A stretch of DNA of 64,000 bases from Podarcis filfolensis (GCA_964270895.1 OZ185441.1); one strand, 5' to 3'; shown: positions 40,021 to 54,065, counted from the first letter of the stretch. A program made the numbers and translations. The notes: generated by a model from the sequence alone, not told the origin.

Positions 40021-40907
40021 TTCTAAACCATTTCTATGGTCACTTGGAAAAACTGTGCTTAACTACAGATACTGGGGTGACATCCATCATTAGCCATATT
40101 CAGAGGTCATTCATAGATTGCATGTTTAATGAAGCACAATGGAATGGTCAATCCATGTTTCTCTTTTTAGTAAGTCTCGTCCTCATCCATTAGCATGGTT
40201 GTTGAGAGAGAGAGAGCTCTGTGAGAAACTATTATTTGCAAAGGTTCTGAAGAGCCTAGGAATCTCTTCAATTAGTTTTAAAAACGAGTTCTTTTGAAGC
40301 ATCAAAGAGAAACCCTCTGGGCCCATATCCTAAGGCAGGCAGATAGGGAAGTACAGCACAGATTAGAATTAAAGCACCGTAGAAAATTAGAAATTCCAAA
40401 GGGCCTAATTTTTACATCCTGAGTAGATATTTTAGAGATAGATTATTTATTTGGTTGGTTGGTTGGTTAAAGAAAAAAAAAGAACTTTAAGAGGATGTAA
40501 GCAGATGAGCTAAGATTGCATGGGGGCAGATGGGAGAGAACCTGGCTTCTGTGCACATAGGAGAATTGCATTCTGTGATAAAAGGAAACTGCCTGGTGGA
40601 ATGTTGCTGCATGGATTTTTAGACACCACCTGTCTGCAGGCCCCAGCAGGTCTCCCTGAACTGCTGTTAAATAAAGGTCCGAGCATTTGTGATGGTCAAA
40701 GCTCAGGCAACAGACATAAATGTCCATAGCGCCAGTGATAAGCCCTTGAGCTCTCTGGGCAGGTTCTGTTTCGGAAACAAGCAGAGACACAAGCTCATTT
40801 ATTTTTGCCTGTTCTAAGATTTGCTTTCCTAGCCTCCTGTTGGCCATAAGAGGTGAGACACAAAAATTCAGGTCAATGTGAGCATGAAATAAATCAGAGT
40901 CTACCTG

Positions 40908-40936
40908 GGAGGAGGAGGAGGAGGAGGAGGAGGAAG
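40908..40936. repeat. (GGA)n microsatellite in constant intron 3
   Basis: Direct reading. Confidence 0.9.
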
Positions 40937-43551
40937 AGGAAGACTTCTAAATCGCTTCCCTACTCATCTGTTCCACATCTTCTCAGGCTGTTTCTCCCCA
41001 CAGGGAGCCACAGGAGGAAGAGAGGCCACGACTTGCTCCCAATAGGGGAGGAAGGCAGCTTGAGTAAAGGATTAGGCAGCCCCTTTCCCCTTGGGACCCT
41101 GCCTGGGGTCCTCTCAAGATTTTAGCCTCTTTCCCTTCAAATCAAATTGTTGTATAAAAAAAGGTCTGCAACTGTAGGAGTATAGAAAACAGTCAGCGTA
41201 AAAACCAGAACAAGAAGCAAAGGCGCTACAAACAAGAAAAGTTTTCAAGGTGCCCCATAAAAGTTTATTGTGGTGATTGATTCTCAGCACATTTCTGAAA
41301 AAGTCTGCATATTTTTAAGGGCATTTATTTTTGTTGGAACACTTGTGAAGCATAATGTTGAGGCCAAATGCAGCTTATTAGAAAGCTGGAGTGTATATGT
41401 GCATAATATGCATATAAGATACAATAATTGCTAATATTTTTAAGCAGAACTGTGGGGGAAGCTGGTTTCCCATTGAGATTAAGGAGGGAAACAAGATTTT
41501 TTTGTGGGGGGGACCGGTGCATATTGAAAATCAAGACTCCATCCATACCCAAGGTCCATCAACTGAAGCCAGGCGCAACAGGGGTTTACGGAAAGGAGCT
41601 ACATATAATTTAGAAATAGAGCCTCTCTTAGCATGGTCATCTCAGGATTATTATTTTTTTCTTTTCGTACCAGAACTGAGCTCACAGTTCTGTCACAGAA
41701 AAATCTACTCTGGGTCCTGCACTCTGCCTAAACATTCTCCCCCTTCGCAGCCAAATTGAGAAAGAAAACAACAGCTGCTTGTTAAACAACTGGGAGTCAG
41801 GAACCCTCCCCAGGCAATCTACTGCAAATAACCCAGAGGTCTGCCAGTAGATCTTGACATACCTTCTGCCCACCTCAGAGCTAGAGCAAGGCTAGGCAGA
41901 GGGCGAGTGGTGAGTGACTGGCAGAGTTCCTGCAGACCCTCTGTTGCCTGGTAGTTGCTGGACTTACATGGGTCTTGATCTGGTTCAGGAAAGCACTTCT
42001 CACATTCTTAAGCAAGAGGGCATAGAGGGGTTCAGTCATGCGACTGACACAGACTGATCACTCAATATTTTTAAACAATTAAAGTATATGTGCTCTCTTT
42101 CTTTATAAATTTAATCTTCTGTGTGGGGCAACTGACGTTTGACTTAATAAATAAATTAACCAAAGACCATACAAAACTAGAGTCTGCCATTCCACGCACT
42201 TGGATGTTATTCTGGCACCCGGCTGCTATTTTTCATTTGAGGAGCCTGCTGTGCATAATAATCAAAGCCCATCTCATGCCAGAGGGCAGAAAAGCTTTAC
42301 CAGGGCAGCTCAATTGGACGGTCTTTTCTCATTCGAGTTCCTCAGTCAAATTACAGCACAGAAGTGGGTTGGTAGGTCACTAAGAAGAGATAAGGCAGCG
42401 GAGAAGATGGATTGTCCTTTCCCGTTTTAAAAACACAACATGTTTAGGGGTATGTGTACCCCTGCATCCCCCCAGAAAAAAGCACTATTTTAAACCCATT
42501 GTTAAAAACCCATGCATAACTGCTAACTCCTGGACAGAATGTCTCTCCTCTAGCCAAAATCAAAATAGTTAAGTCCACTGGCACAATTTTAATACCTCTT
42601 CCTGTTCCTCCTTGCTCTATTGTTGCTACACATTCAGTATTTTCATAGATTCTTCATATTTTAGGAAGTCAAATGAAAAGGAAGCTCCAGAAATAAGCAT
42701 GGCACAAAGAAGTCCATAGAAGGGTATACAGGCAAATGTATTCATCATCAACAAAAGCTGAGTTTCAGGCCACAGATGGCTCATCTTCAGTGAATCTAAA
42801 ATAAGTAGAAGCATTTGTATTTTGTAAAATACAAATATGTCATTGTTTACTGTCAAAGCAGTGTTTATCTCTCATTAAAGTCAACTGTTAAAAAATGGAA
42901 AACTTAAGTCTATAGTGCAAAAATTACAGGGACACACCCCTAACCCACACGCTTGCACACACGCACCACTGCTGCAGTAACGCAGCTGATTACAATGCAA
43001 GGCATACAAATGAGAGGTCACAGAAGACACACAACACAGCACCCATGTGGCTCCCTGGCCATGAGGCTCCCTGCAAAAAGCACACAGCCTTTTTGGGATG
43101 AGGGTTTAACACCCACCTTTTTGCCAAGCAGCCCAGGCATGCAACAAGGGCATAGTAAGATTGCTCCTAAGAGCTCTGAATGTGCTAGCAAGCCTCTATT
43201 TGTTCTTGCCTAGAGTTTTCCCTTCCTCTCCACTCGGATCCTCTGGCATGTGAACAAGGCTTCAGGGAAAACCAGGGATTTATTTCTGCCGGACTGCAGG
43301 ATGCCACTTCTTCAAACCAGAGTTCTCTGCCTTATCACTCCCAAGCCTTGTGCACATGCCAAAGCGCTTGCTGTTCATAAGAATTCTGGGGGTGGGGAGG
43401 TGGGCTGAGTGCATCTTCCCTAGATGATGTGTAGTCGAGACCCTAAATTATACATTTACATCTAACAACGACTATGCTAAGAATTCGCCCTTCTGACTTT
43501 TCTCCCCCTTCCAATCTCCTTCTCTCAACCCCCCTCCCTGTGGTGGTGTAG

Positions 43552-43808
43552 AAGCCGCTGCCGCCGCCGCTGCAAATCCTGATGGAAATTCTACTCTGGG
43601 AGGAGGAGCAACAGCAGCAGGCACAATGGGCCTCAGCACCAGGTATGGCCCCCAGTTCACCCTGCAGCACGTCCCTGACTACAGACAGAACGTGTACATC
43701 CCTGGCAGCACAGCCACGCTCTCCAATTCTGCAGCCAAGCGGGATGGGAAACCTGCAGCCTCCGGAGGTGGAAACAAGAAGAAGTCAGGGAAGAAGGAGA
43801 AGAAGTAA
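43552..43808 (+). CDS. PCDHG: PCDHG constant exon 3, coding part
   Basis: Pyrimidine tract and ggtgtag| acceptor. Encodes (E)[52 protein letters not shown]...[11 protein letters not shown], ending in the Lys-rich C-terminus typical of Pcdh-gamma. Confidence 0.97.
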
Positions 43809-46442
43809 GATTCGCAGGATGACATCGCTGCCACCTTAGATCTAAAGGGCAGACTCTTCCAGCATTCCCCCAATTCATAGCCTAGGATGGAGGATGAATG
43901 TGAATTTGTGGTTAACCATTTTTTAAAAATAAAAAAGTGTGGAACATGGCGAATGTACATTGCTGTCATCAGAGCTAGGAGAAAGTCTCCTACTGTTAGT
44001 CCTCCTGATGTAAAAGTATCTGGAAACAAAACAAAACGAAAAAAAGCCCTGTGGATAGTGATGAATTATAGCTTATACTCTCATGCGGATGATCTAATAT
44101 GCAAGGGTGTCAGATCTTTGGAATATTTTTCTCTCCCATTGCTTTGCTCCAGAGGGATCTGCACAACATACAAGGCTTAGGGTGGGCCCTGTCCATTGTA
44201 AATAATTCTTCTAAAAAGGGGTTTTGATTTATACATTTTTCCATTTAAAGAACATTCTCACGTCCCCCAAATTTTGATGAATGCTTTCTGTCCCCACAAA
44301 AATATCTCAGTTGGAATCCTTGTTATGAAATTGATGAGGGGATGCTTTAGTTTCTGCTTTTTTATTTTAAAACCGTGTTCATCCTGCATTATTAGAAGGG
44401 AATGAGTTTCAACAGCATTTTTAAAAGTTGACCAATGATGGTTGAAAAAATAAAACTGAAATGGTTATACCTAAGAGGCAAGGCGCACAAACACATTGCT
44501 ATGAGAAGCCTCCCAGAGGCAGAGAATGCCTCACGTGGTAGGAAGATGATGGAGAATTTTGCCTGTGTTGATTGATTTACAGTGGCCTCTGAAGAGACAA
44601 CACATCTCATCTACACTTTGATCCATAAATATTTATGTGTACAGTAATTGTTTTCTGGAATAAGTTTAAGGAAGTCAAAGTCAATCGCTTGTGAGTATAG
44701 TGAGCTGCCGCTCCTCCTTTAAGCACTGAAATAGCTCTGTTAGTTCCACAGGCAGACGCCTTCTGTCAGTGAATGGGCTCTGGTGGCCTTGTAGGTAGAG
44801 AATTAAAACAAAAATGGAATGCTTCATATTTTCTGCACATCGAGCTGCATGCAAAACATTCACTTCACATCTACGGTAGGCCAGCTGCCGCCTCCCAACC
44901 TAGAATAGAGAAGTCATTGCATGCCATATACAGCATGATGTAAATATGCTGTGAAGTGCCCACATCCTGGTGGAACCTGAGCATTGTCTGTCTGTGAGTA
45001 GAGTTCAGTAACAAGATGCATTGCCCTGGATCAGAGCAGTAGGAAAGTTTCCACACGCCTAGGCAGCACAGCCAAGGAAGGCCCTTGGTTTGCTGGCCTT
45101 CTTCACGTGCGAACAACAGTTGGTCTGAGGACGCACGGGGCCAGGCACAGATCAGGGATGCCGGAGCTGGAGCTGGGCAGGGATTTCTGATACCAAGCCC
45201 CCAAGGCCAAGTTCTGAACGTTAGAAAAGTGAGTGACCATTGGTGCACTGAAGGTCCTTGGGACCTCTGCTATCACCCCCCACTTGGATATAAATCCACT
45301 GGATTTAAAGTGAATAATCATAAATCCCTTTGCTGTGTTTCGAAATGACTTGTTTTAGGGTTTTTAGCCACATTGTTTCATAGCCTAGTATGGAGAGGAA
45401 GTGAGCGTTTCCTGCTCCCTGTGCATTTTATTGGCTTGTGTTCTCATCTCTTTCCTTGCTCAAGTGCAGCACAGACTAGCAGGGAGCTTCAGCCTGCTGC
45501 TGGCAAACTCAGGTTGCCTTTCTATAGAGGCACTGACCAGCCGAGGGCAGAGAAGCAGCATATTTCCAACATGGAGGGCTAATCACTAGGCCAGAAATAT
45601 ATTACTCTTTCTTAAACCTTTGATAAGGAGCTTGTCTGAGATGGTCTGGCCTTCTATGAGCACCTCAGGTTAAAGATCTGACGACTTTTCAAAACATTGC
45701 GGACCAATCTCATTGGCTGTGTAGTCTTGCACTGCTAGAGCGTATCTGCTGCCTCCTGTGTGTCTAGAAAGCGGGATTTGTCTGTGGGAAGAAACTTCAG
45801 TCGACGTATGATTTTTGTACTGATCCCAGTCACCCACCCACCCCTTGTGTTTGGTGACTGCACTAGAAACAGTTTACATAGTTAGTTAAAACAGAGCACA
45901 ATCCATTGGGAAGTTTTCCTGCACAAGCTCGGCTGGAATCATCAGAAGCCACACAAGCGCATGGCAGTTCTGTCCTGCAGCCTCTCTCCATCTTACCGGG
46001 GCTGATGCAGGTGAGCTTCCCCACAGGATTGGGCCTGGGCTTATTATGTACTGAAGTAGTTATTATGTGACTCTTCTCAAAGTACTGTAGATTAATCTTA
46101 GTCATTCTCTTTTTCCTTTTAATCAATAAGCTGAAAGTAGTGTAGTAGTGCTGAAAACCTAGTGATGTGTAGGTTTCTTCTTTTTTAATCTTAGTAATTG
46201 AGTTGTGGACATCAGTATTTTTTTTATTCCTTTGTATCTTCTTTACGTGTGCTCCTTGTGCTTTTAAATGTATGTGAATTGAAACACACTTACTGTCCTT
46301 TCAATGTGTCTAATATTGAACTATACTTATATATTATATATATGCTTATATCCTTCTTATATCCATATAGACTGACGTCAATGTGTTACACGCAAGTTTT
46401 ATACTCTAATATTTATATTGCTCTTTTTTCTTTGGGGAAAAT

Positions 46443-46448
46443 AATAAA
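46443..46448 (+). terminator. Probable PCDHG polyadenylation signal (3'UTR ~43809-46465)
   Basis: AATAAA preceded by ttttatactctaatatttatat..., which resembles the terminal 3'UTR block of mammalian PCDHG mRNAs as I recall it. U/GU-rich sequence follows. Confidence 0.7.
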
Positions 46449-46680
46449 ATCTTTTCTGCTGATGCGTTTGTTGTGATTGCTTCTGAAGGACGAAAAGGAG
46501 GGGAGAGCAAGATTATGGGAGTGCTAGACTGGAAACCCCACCCCAAAGTATTGAAGGCAATGTAGCAGAGACAACAATGCCAGGCTTCTCTCCAGCAGTG
46601 CCTCTGGTAGACAGGTTTTGCTGGCTTTTGCAGTGTTCCAAATCTTTCAAACATGGAAACCTATTTTCTTTACCAAGAAA

Positions 46681-46703
46681 CTGCTGCTGCTGCTGCTGCT
46701 GCT
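46681..46703. repeat. (CTG)7 microsatellite just past the PCDHG polyA site
   Basis: Direct reading. Confidence 0.9.
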
Positions 46704-49700
46704 AACAGATGAGAACTTGCCTCTGGGAGGGAGAGAGCAATGGGCACCTGGTTTAACCTATACATTAGCCATTGGGAGTGGAACCCATTCTGACTGGACC
46801 ATCTGGCTCTTTTGCATTTGTGCTCTGAATAATAGATAAATAGGGCACACCTGCAGCACTGTCTCCCCCAGCTATCAGTGATCTTGATCTGTTTCCACAG
46901 AAAACAAGAAAGCCAGGCTTAAGCCTGTGGTAAACAATTCATGGACAATGTAAAGCAGGTGCAAATAATGCAGAGAGATGTGTCATATGCCCACTAGGGA
47001 TGACTGGCATGATGCCACCCCAGTGGTAAGGGCAAGTGGAAAAGAGAATGGCACAAGAATCCAGCTCCTTGGGAAATATGGAACTTCCCTAGTCCCTGTG
47101 AAGGGATTTGTTGCAGGCTCTACAACCCAGCTTTCTTTATTTCCTGTCTTGGGTGCTTTTCCAATTAGTGCCACCATATTGATTCTCTTTAGAACCTCCC
47201 TGTGGTATTCATGGGGCTACAGAGAACACAAACACCTTGCCCAAGGAGAGAACTGGGATAGACAATGTGACTAAACCAATCTCTCTCCAACAAACAGGGA
47301 TGGAAGGGATGCATGTCTGTGTGCAAGAAAGATGACAGAAAAGGAAATGAAGCCCCCTTTAGAAATACCACGCTGAGCCTTAGGCCTAGCCCTCAATTAG
47401 GCAGGAGGTGCTTGGTGCCAATTAAGAGGGTGGGTGAAGATTCACATGATTGACTGCTTCTCTATATTGCAAGGAAGGGGAAACTTTCCATTAAAAAAAA
47501 TATAATGGCTGGGAGCAGATTCTAGTGTAGCTTCGTCATAAAACCAGCCAGTTTTAATTGTTATGGACATTGTAGAAGCACTCCTGAACGCCCTTAGCTA
47601 CATTCTGAGGTGGTACAGTGCAGGCACAAATTTACCTCAGCAGAAATGTTTGTTTTGAACACTTATATCCTGCCTTTCCGCCACTGAGTTGAAGGAGGCA
47701 TACATCCCCATAAGAACTCTGTGAGGTACATTAAGTGGGAAGAGTGACTGGCCCAAGGTCCACCCAGTGGGGACATGAACCCGGGTCTCTCCAGTCCTGC
47801 AACATTATAGCAAGACTTCCTTTCTTGGACAGCTTTCATTTTTGGTCAGAGTGGTGGGTTGCTTGGAACTAGCCTGCCAAACCTGGTGGACTGCGTGGGA
47901 GGAGAAGGAAAGTGATCCATCTAGGCAAAGCCTGGCCTTCTTTCTAAGAAATGAGACTGTCAACTTACGTTTCTTTGACTTACCCTGTTCCTGTGCCTCA
48001 CACATAGACACTAAGCAGCCAAGGTCTTTCCTGACATGGAAATAAGGTCCTGAGAAAAGTGTCACCTACTAACCTTCCCTGTGCCAGCTTCTGTAAAGAA
48101 AACTGCAGGAGCAGGGCGCATTGTTCACAAGGGTGGACCGCCCAAAATACTGAGGCAAGGAAGCCTAAGAGGGTAGGAAGGGGGTGCAGAACAGCCAGCG
48201 CTTAAATATAGATAGTATGGCCTAATAGGTCTAAAATTATTTCACTGGAAACTTAGTCATGACTACTTGCATCCTATGCACATTTACAATGTTATGCACA
48301 TTTAACTTGGAGTAAGTTCAGCTGAATTCAGTAGGACTTAATACTGAACAAACGTAGGGTTGTGCTGTCAGTCAATTAAGCAAATGATTAAATTTGCATG
48401 AGAGTGAAACCAGTATTTCCACAACAAAAAATGCATTAATTGCTTTTAGGTGATGTGTACCAGGCATTGCCGGCTTAAAGGAAACATTCCCACTGTTGTT
48501 TGAAGGCAATTGTTGTTTGAGGGCAACATGATGTGGACTTTGCAAATGAAATGGGAACACAATCAGCTGTAAACACACCCTACACTCTGGTGAGCATAAG
48601 CCCCATGTCTATTCCCGCAGTTCCTTGACATGAAAAGCTTCCAAAATGCACAGTACTGAATTTCTCCTTGCCTTGTAGCTGACTGGAGCCATCCTGGGCA
48701 ATCTGCAGATGTCAGGAGTGCTACAGGAAGGGGGGCTTGCACCTAAAAAGAAGTGGGAGGGGCCTGTGGGGCTAATTACGGTAAAGACTCAGGTTAGACG
48801 TCACACAAAACCACAACTCTGAGATTCTCAATGTACAATTGGCTAATCATGGGGTGGAGAGCATCCAGCCCACAGACCAAATTTAGGTCTAAACTTCAGA
48901 TATCTCTGTTTTTGCTTTGTTTACTTGGCCACTAAATGCTGAGGTCCCAAGGTATAGAAGCAGTTTGTCAATTTAGACACCATGCTAGGCCAACCATGAT
49001 TATTTTATTTATATGTGCAATATTTTAAGCTACATATATATATATAACAGTTGGCTAACAGCATCTGTTGTTTTTTTAAAAAGAAACATTGGTTTTTTTT
49101 AAAAAAAAGTCTAAAACAGCAGCACCTAAACATGGCTGTGGGGGGGGGGGAGGTATTAATGATCCACTGAAAGACAAGCAGGAGCTGGACAAGAAAAGCT
49201 TCTCTGGGCTTGGTGCCTCCTTGACGTCACAGAAAAGGCCCTGTCAGTCACCATGCCAACCTGTAGTACTTCTGGTGGTAGCGGAAGTACATGAAGCAGA
49301 GGCCTCCATGAATATCTTCAGGGTCAAGCAGTTCCATAATATAGAGTCTGCAAACCCATTTCACAGTATGGCTTCTGATTCTGTTCTACGAACTGATCTT
49401 CAGTCACTGTGAGTCTGGATATTGCAAAGGCCTCCCTTGGCCTCTGGTCCATAAGCAACAGAATTTTTGCATCTGTTGAAGGTTTATACATATGAAATTG
49501 GCATACCCAATAACTAAGCCATCTAGCAGAGATAGCTTTTTGCTATGGCAAAGCTTCACTAAGATGGCAGCAGTTCTGTCTTTATTTTTCAGTACCAACC
49601 TCAACCACATAGAGAGAGCTCAGTGGTGGTGGAGTAGGAAACCCCCTCCCTTTTGTGTTATTGTTCTATATTTACTTATTTGGTCCATTTATTATCTACA

Positions 49701-50339
49701 TAACAACGAAAATCAGCACAAATAATTAAAAATACATAGAAACGCTTACTGCTAAGTGCTGCCTTTACTCAGCGGAAGCCCATCCCGTTTTGCTGCCTGA
49801 GGCAAAATCGGGAAAGTGACCCCCTGTGCAGTGTGCGCCCACCCCTTGCCACCCCTGCTGAAGCCTTGCTTCCAGGGGTCACGCGGTGCGGTGGCAGGTT
49901 CCAAGTTCTGGTGACATCTTGCACCACTCTTGAAAGGTCTTGCCGGAACCTGGAAGCCACTGCCATTTGTCCCCACTTCTTTGGCGTCAGTGGCTGCGCC
50001 CCTTGGATTTTGCTGCCCAAGGTAGCTGTCTGAGTCTGCCCCACAGACCGCCAGGTCTTTACTCCTAGTTTGGTCCTTTATCAAGCTAGTCCTAGAGAAG
50101 CGGGGGAGGGGAACTGCCTATCAGCACCATCTTAATTCCTAAAATGTCAGACATGCACCAGGTGCTAGCTTCCCTGCAGGCCTACAGCCTCCCTCCACCA
50201 TTTGCTCAAACTATTCCCCCCACCCTCCAAAAAACCCCAGCAGGCTAAGCTCCGGGGCGGTTGGTTCCCTTCGCTCCTGCCTAGCGCCTTTCAGCAGAAG
50301 GCCTTTGCTTAGGACAGTCCAAAAAGGGGCAGGGAGCAT

Positions 50340-51700
50340 AACGGGGAGGGGGCGGAAGAGAAATCCCCGTCCCTCGCCCCTTCCAGGAATGCCATTTGCC
50401 GACAGCAACGAAGGAAGCAAAACGAAAACAGGTAAGATTAATGGTGGGGGCGGAGTGAGGAGCACAAGAAGCCAGAGGTGCCAACTTGAATAAAATATTG
50501 GGGGGAGGCAAGCCCCGCCCCGCACAATTCCTCGCTCTCCCCTTGTCCTCGAGGCTCAGCCCCCAGAAGCCGCGGGAAGGCTCGCTGGGTGCGGAGCGAG
50601 GGCACCCCAGGGTGCCGGGTCGGGACAGAGGAAAGCCGTCGGGCATCTCGCGTCGCCATGAGTCCCTTGCAGCCTCCTCGCGAGGAGAGGGGCTGGGCAG
50701 CGGCTGCGAGGAGGTGCGCGAGAGAGGGGGGCCCTGGAATACAAGGCTCTTCTTCCAGGGCATCGGGCAGGCGGCGTGCGCCGCGGTCTGCGCCTTGGGC
50801 GCCGAAGGAGGTGTCTGGGTGCGCGGAGGAGGGGCGGGCGCGGGAGAGGTCCAGGCAGCCGGGAGAAGGAAGAGGGAGGACGCGCGCACGCACGCGCACT
50901 CTTCTTCTTCTTCTTGCAAGCCCCTGTTGCCATAGTGACGAGGTCTTCCTCGGGCTCTGGCGCCGATGCGGGAGTCGGACGCCTCGAGGGGCGCGCAGGC
51001 TGAGCGCTGCCTGCTGGAGCCCGGAGCAGGAGGCGACCCGGCGGGGGGGGGGGGGCGAAACGCCGCTTCCCTCCCCCCGCCCCGAGAATTGACCCAAACA
51101 GGCGCCTCTTCGCCACAGCCGCCGTCGGCGCGGCTTTTTCTCCCCGCCAGCGCACAGCGTTGTGATCTTGGCTGTTCTATAATAAATGTGCCGTTTCCGA
51201 AGGGCGACTTGTCTTATCTGCTTATGAACATTAAATAATATTGGGGTTCGAGCGAGGGAAACTGATGTGAGAGGGCGGTTGTGCAACCAGCTCCTGCGCC
51301 TTGAGCAGCCCCTCGACAGGGCAGACATTCCGCAGAAGCATTTCCTCTCCATGCCAAGACGGGCTTTTCCTGCCGAATTTCTCCCCTTTCACGTACAGGT
51401 TCCGTTAGAACGTGGCGCATTTTCCCATCCCACCCAAAAAGGGAATTCCGCAGCCAGATCAAAGGTTTAATCTCTCTCTCCTTTTTTTAAACAGACCAAC
51501 ACAGACCAGATCCAAAACGGTAACAGAAGAGCAGCTCTTTGTCCGTGAGAGCGCGGCTGGCTGGCAAGTCGGGGGCTGCAGCGCCCGGGGAGGGAGGGGG
51601 GCAGAGAGAAGGCGCGCACCTCCCTCGGGCAAGCGGGCGGGGATGAGCATCTCTGAATGGATGCTCTGTGCCGGGAAAGGCGGGGGGGGGAACCCTTTGT
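50340..51700. promoter_or_regulatory. CpG island / probable promoter of an unidentified gene
   Basis: Dense CpG, several GGGCGG boxes, ETS-like CGGAAG near 50352, X-box at 50926, GCGC-rich NRF1-like tract near 50881-50899, strong + strand donor CAG|GTAAGA after 50431. Confidence 0.75.
50926..50939. promoter_or_regulatory. RFX X-box
   Basis: GTTGCCATAGTGAC, close to the palindromic X-box GTTGCCATGGCAAC, inside the CpG island. Confidence 0.55.
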
Positions 51701-52929
51701 GTGGGCGGCAGATTAGATCAAGCGCCACGTGCGCTGGGAGCCCCATATTTCCCCGATGGGATCATCCCACAATCTGCCCCTCGTGACCATCCGCGGATGC
51801 AGCTGCCTGGTGTCTCCATGCAGACAAATGGTGGGCATTTCCGGAGCTAAACGCCCCACCCCCGCTGAAAAAAGCTTTTGTTCCAGTTTCGGTCCTCGAT
51901 TCTGTCTGCCTTCTTAATTGGGGCGAGGGGGGGCATCCCATCCAGCAGAGTTGGCTCATCCCGGCTGACAGTGGCTCCTCCTTTGCCCCCAAACTGTTAG
52001 CCCAGTCGCTGAAGAAGTAGCCAAGAAGCGCGCGGTGCGCCTTTCTTCGTGCCCGCTCCCAATCCACTGTCAAACACAGATTGTGGCTAAGTATAGTAAC
52101 CACAAATGTACATCCTGGGTTGATCGGCATGGCTTTTGGGGAACGCTTTTTGAAGAGCCCTGTGCAGTCAATCACCCTTTGCATTCACTCATTTCTGTGG
52201 ACACTCATTTCTGTGGAAGAATTCAGTGCATCACACTAGCCTGGTGCGCTGGAAGGAAGGGAAGATCAGTAGCTTCAGATTGTAGAAGCAGACAAAAAAC
52301 GGAGTGATTCCTTCCTTTACTTTAGTGAAAAGGATTGGAGCTGATCTGCAATTACTAAAGGAGGGAGAGAGAGAGATTAGAGGAGAATGATTTGTTCCTC
52401 AAGGCCAAGGAAGTTAATCAGCTCCAGTTGCAGTGTATGGGGGAGGGGCTGGGTCTTTCTCTGAAGCACCGGCTGGAAGAAGAGATGGGGGGGGAGTGGC
52501 CTTTCTCCCCAGGCCCTCTGCCCCAGCCTTGGCTGGATGGAGTTAGCTGCTCTGAGTTAGGGCAAGGATCACAGGACAATTAATGAGCTCTGCTGCTGGC
52601 TGCTAATCAGAAACAGATCAAGGCCTCACACCTGACCCCAGCCAGGGAGAGAGCAGAGTGGAGCTCAGCCAGCACAAAGCTGCAAAAAGGAGTGCGTACT
52701 CTTTCCTGGAGAGTATCCTGTAGCAGGAGGGAAGCAGCGGAAATCTGGCTCTGACTCAGGACAGTTGGCCAGGAAGGTTCTCTCTGTGACACATTGTCCT
52801 GCAAGTTGCTTCTGCTCATAGGGATCCTGTGACAGATCCCGGATGGCCCAAATGGTACCTTGTATTTAGCCATGTAACAATGAACCAAAGTCTACAAAGA
52901 GAGACACAGAAAAGGCAAACAGTGAAATA

Positions 52930-53790
52930 AGTTTTCTTTTTTCTTTTTTAAGAATAATTTTTTATTAACCGACCAATCACATCAAATCAAACCAAATTCC
53001 ATAAATTCCAAATTACACAGCCGAATTTTAATTTTTTGTTGGGGGTACCCATATTTCAAGTTCCGAAGGGATCCAATCAACTTCTTGCTTCTTGCTGCTG
53101 TTTTAATGTCCACAAATCTAACCTTATGATGTTCACAGTACTATCCAGTCCTTTCTTATTATTTTTCCACATCTCTTGTTATTATTTTCATATATTTTTC
53201 GTTTCTCTTTGTGACCTCTGACAGTCTCCACAAGCTGGTTAGAACAGTTTGTAATCCTGCATGGATATTATTATTTTTTATCCAGTAGCCATATCCAGAC
53301 GTTTTCCATATAACATCACTTCCATACATCAAAACAGTCTTAGTGTCATTAATCTTCACCAATCTGCCTCCTTTCTCAAAACCTCTGAGGAGATTCACTA
53401 GGAATGCAGTCTGAAAACAAGTCCATTCTTCCTCCCGGCTATAAATCCTTTGGCAAGATGGCGACTCCGAATTAATTGCTGCGCCATTCCCAAAAGCTCT
53501 TATTGCTTCTCGGTCTCCATAAAGCATACTTTTGGTTAAAGTTTATCTCCACACAGACCTTAATCATCCTGCTTGGGTCAGTTCAACCGACGGTTCTAAT
53601 GAGGAGGGGTTCTTGTAAATCACATAGAAGGAAAGTAAAAAAGGTCCCCCCCCCTCATTCAGCCCCATTGTCAACATACCCCGCCTTTGGTGTATCTTCA
53701 TCGTAAAATATTCCTGTTTCTCCAGCTCGTCGTCTTCTTTCGCAGAGCTCACTTAAATTAGCAGACTTCACTCCCCTTCTTCACTTGAAA
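52930..53790 (-). mobile_element. Probable L1/Tx1-like non-autonomous retroelement fragment
   Basis: Strongly A-rich on the - strand, with an A-tract/AATAAA end near 52930-52970. No intact conserved domain was recognised. Confidence 0.4.
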
Positions 53791-54065
53791 TATGTGCATT
53801 TGCTTCTTTTGTAATTAATTATTCCAAATTGCTGCAACTAGTGCGCGATCAGAGACAGCGTCCAGGAGAGCCGAGGTCCACACGGGGGCATTCTGCCTAG
53901 GGCCCTCACCCCCTTCTTTCGAATTAGGGGGTGATTTATGGGCACAGCAGGCAAGGGCAGTGTTCCCCATTTCCTTGGGGCAACAAGGGAGGCTGCCTAC
54001 TCCCATAACAGCCTCTTAATTACCCCGTGTGGGTCGGAGAGATGGTATTGTCGGCCATCTTCCAA

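Noticed and set aside
48679-48780. Plus-strand candidate exon with a good acceptor
   Set aside because: Translation unrecognisable and no codon bias; such sites arise often by chance.
49261-50770. Short similarities to STING (RLYIMELLD) and TEX43 (MPWKKSLVF)
   Set aside because: Only 5-6 matching residues with no extension; likely chance.
50281-51786. Long ORFs (150-304 aa) in all frames of the CpG island
   Set aside because: Expected from stop-codon depletion in GC-rich DNA; the Pro/Arg/Gly-rich translations are unrecognisable.
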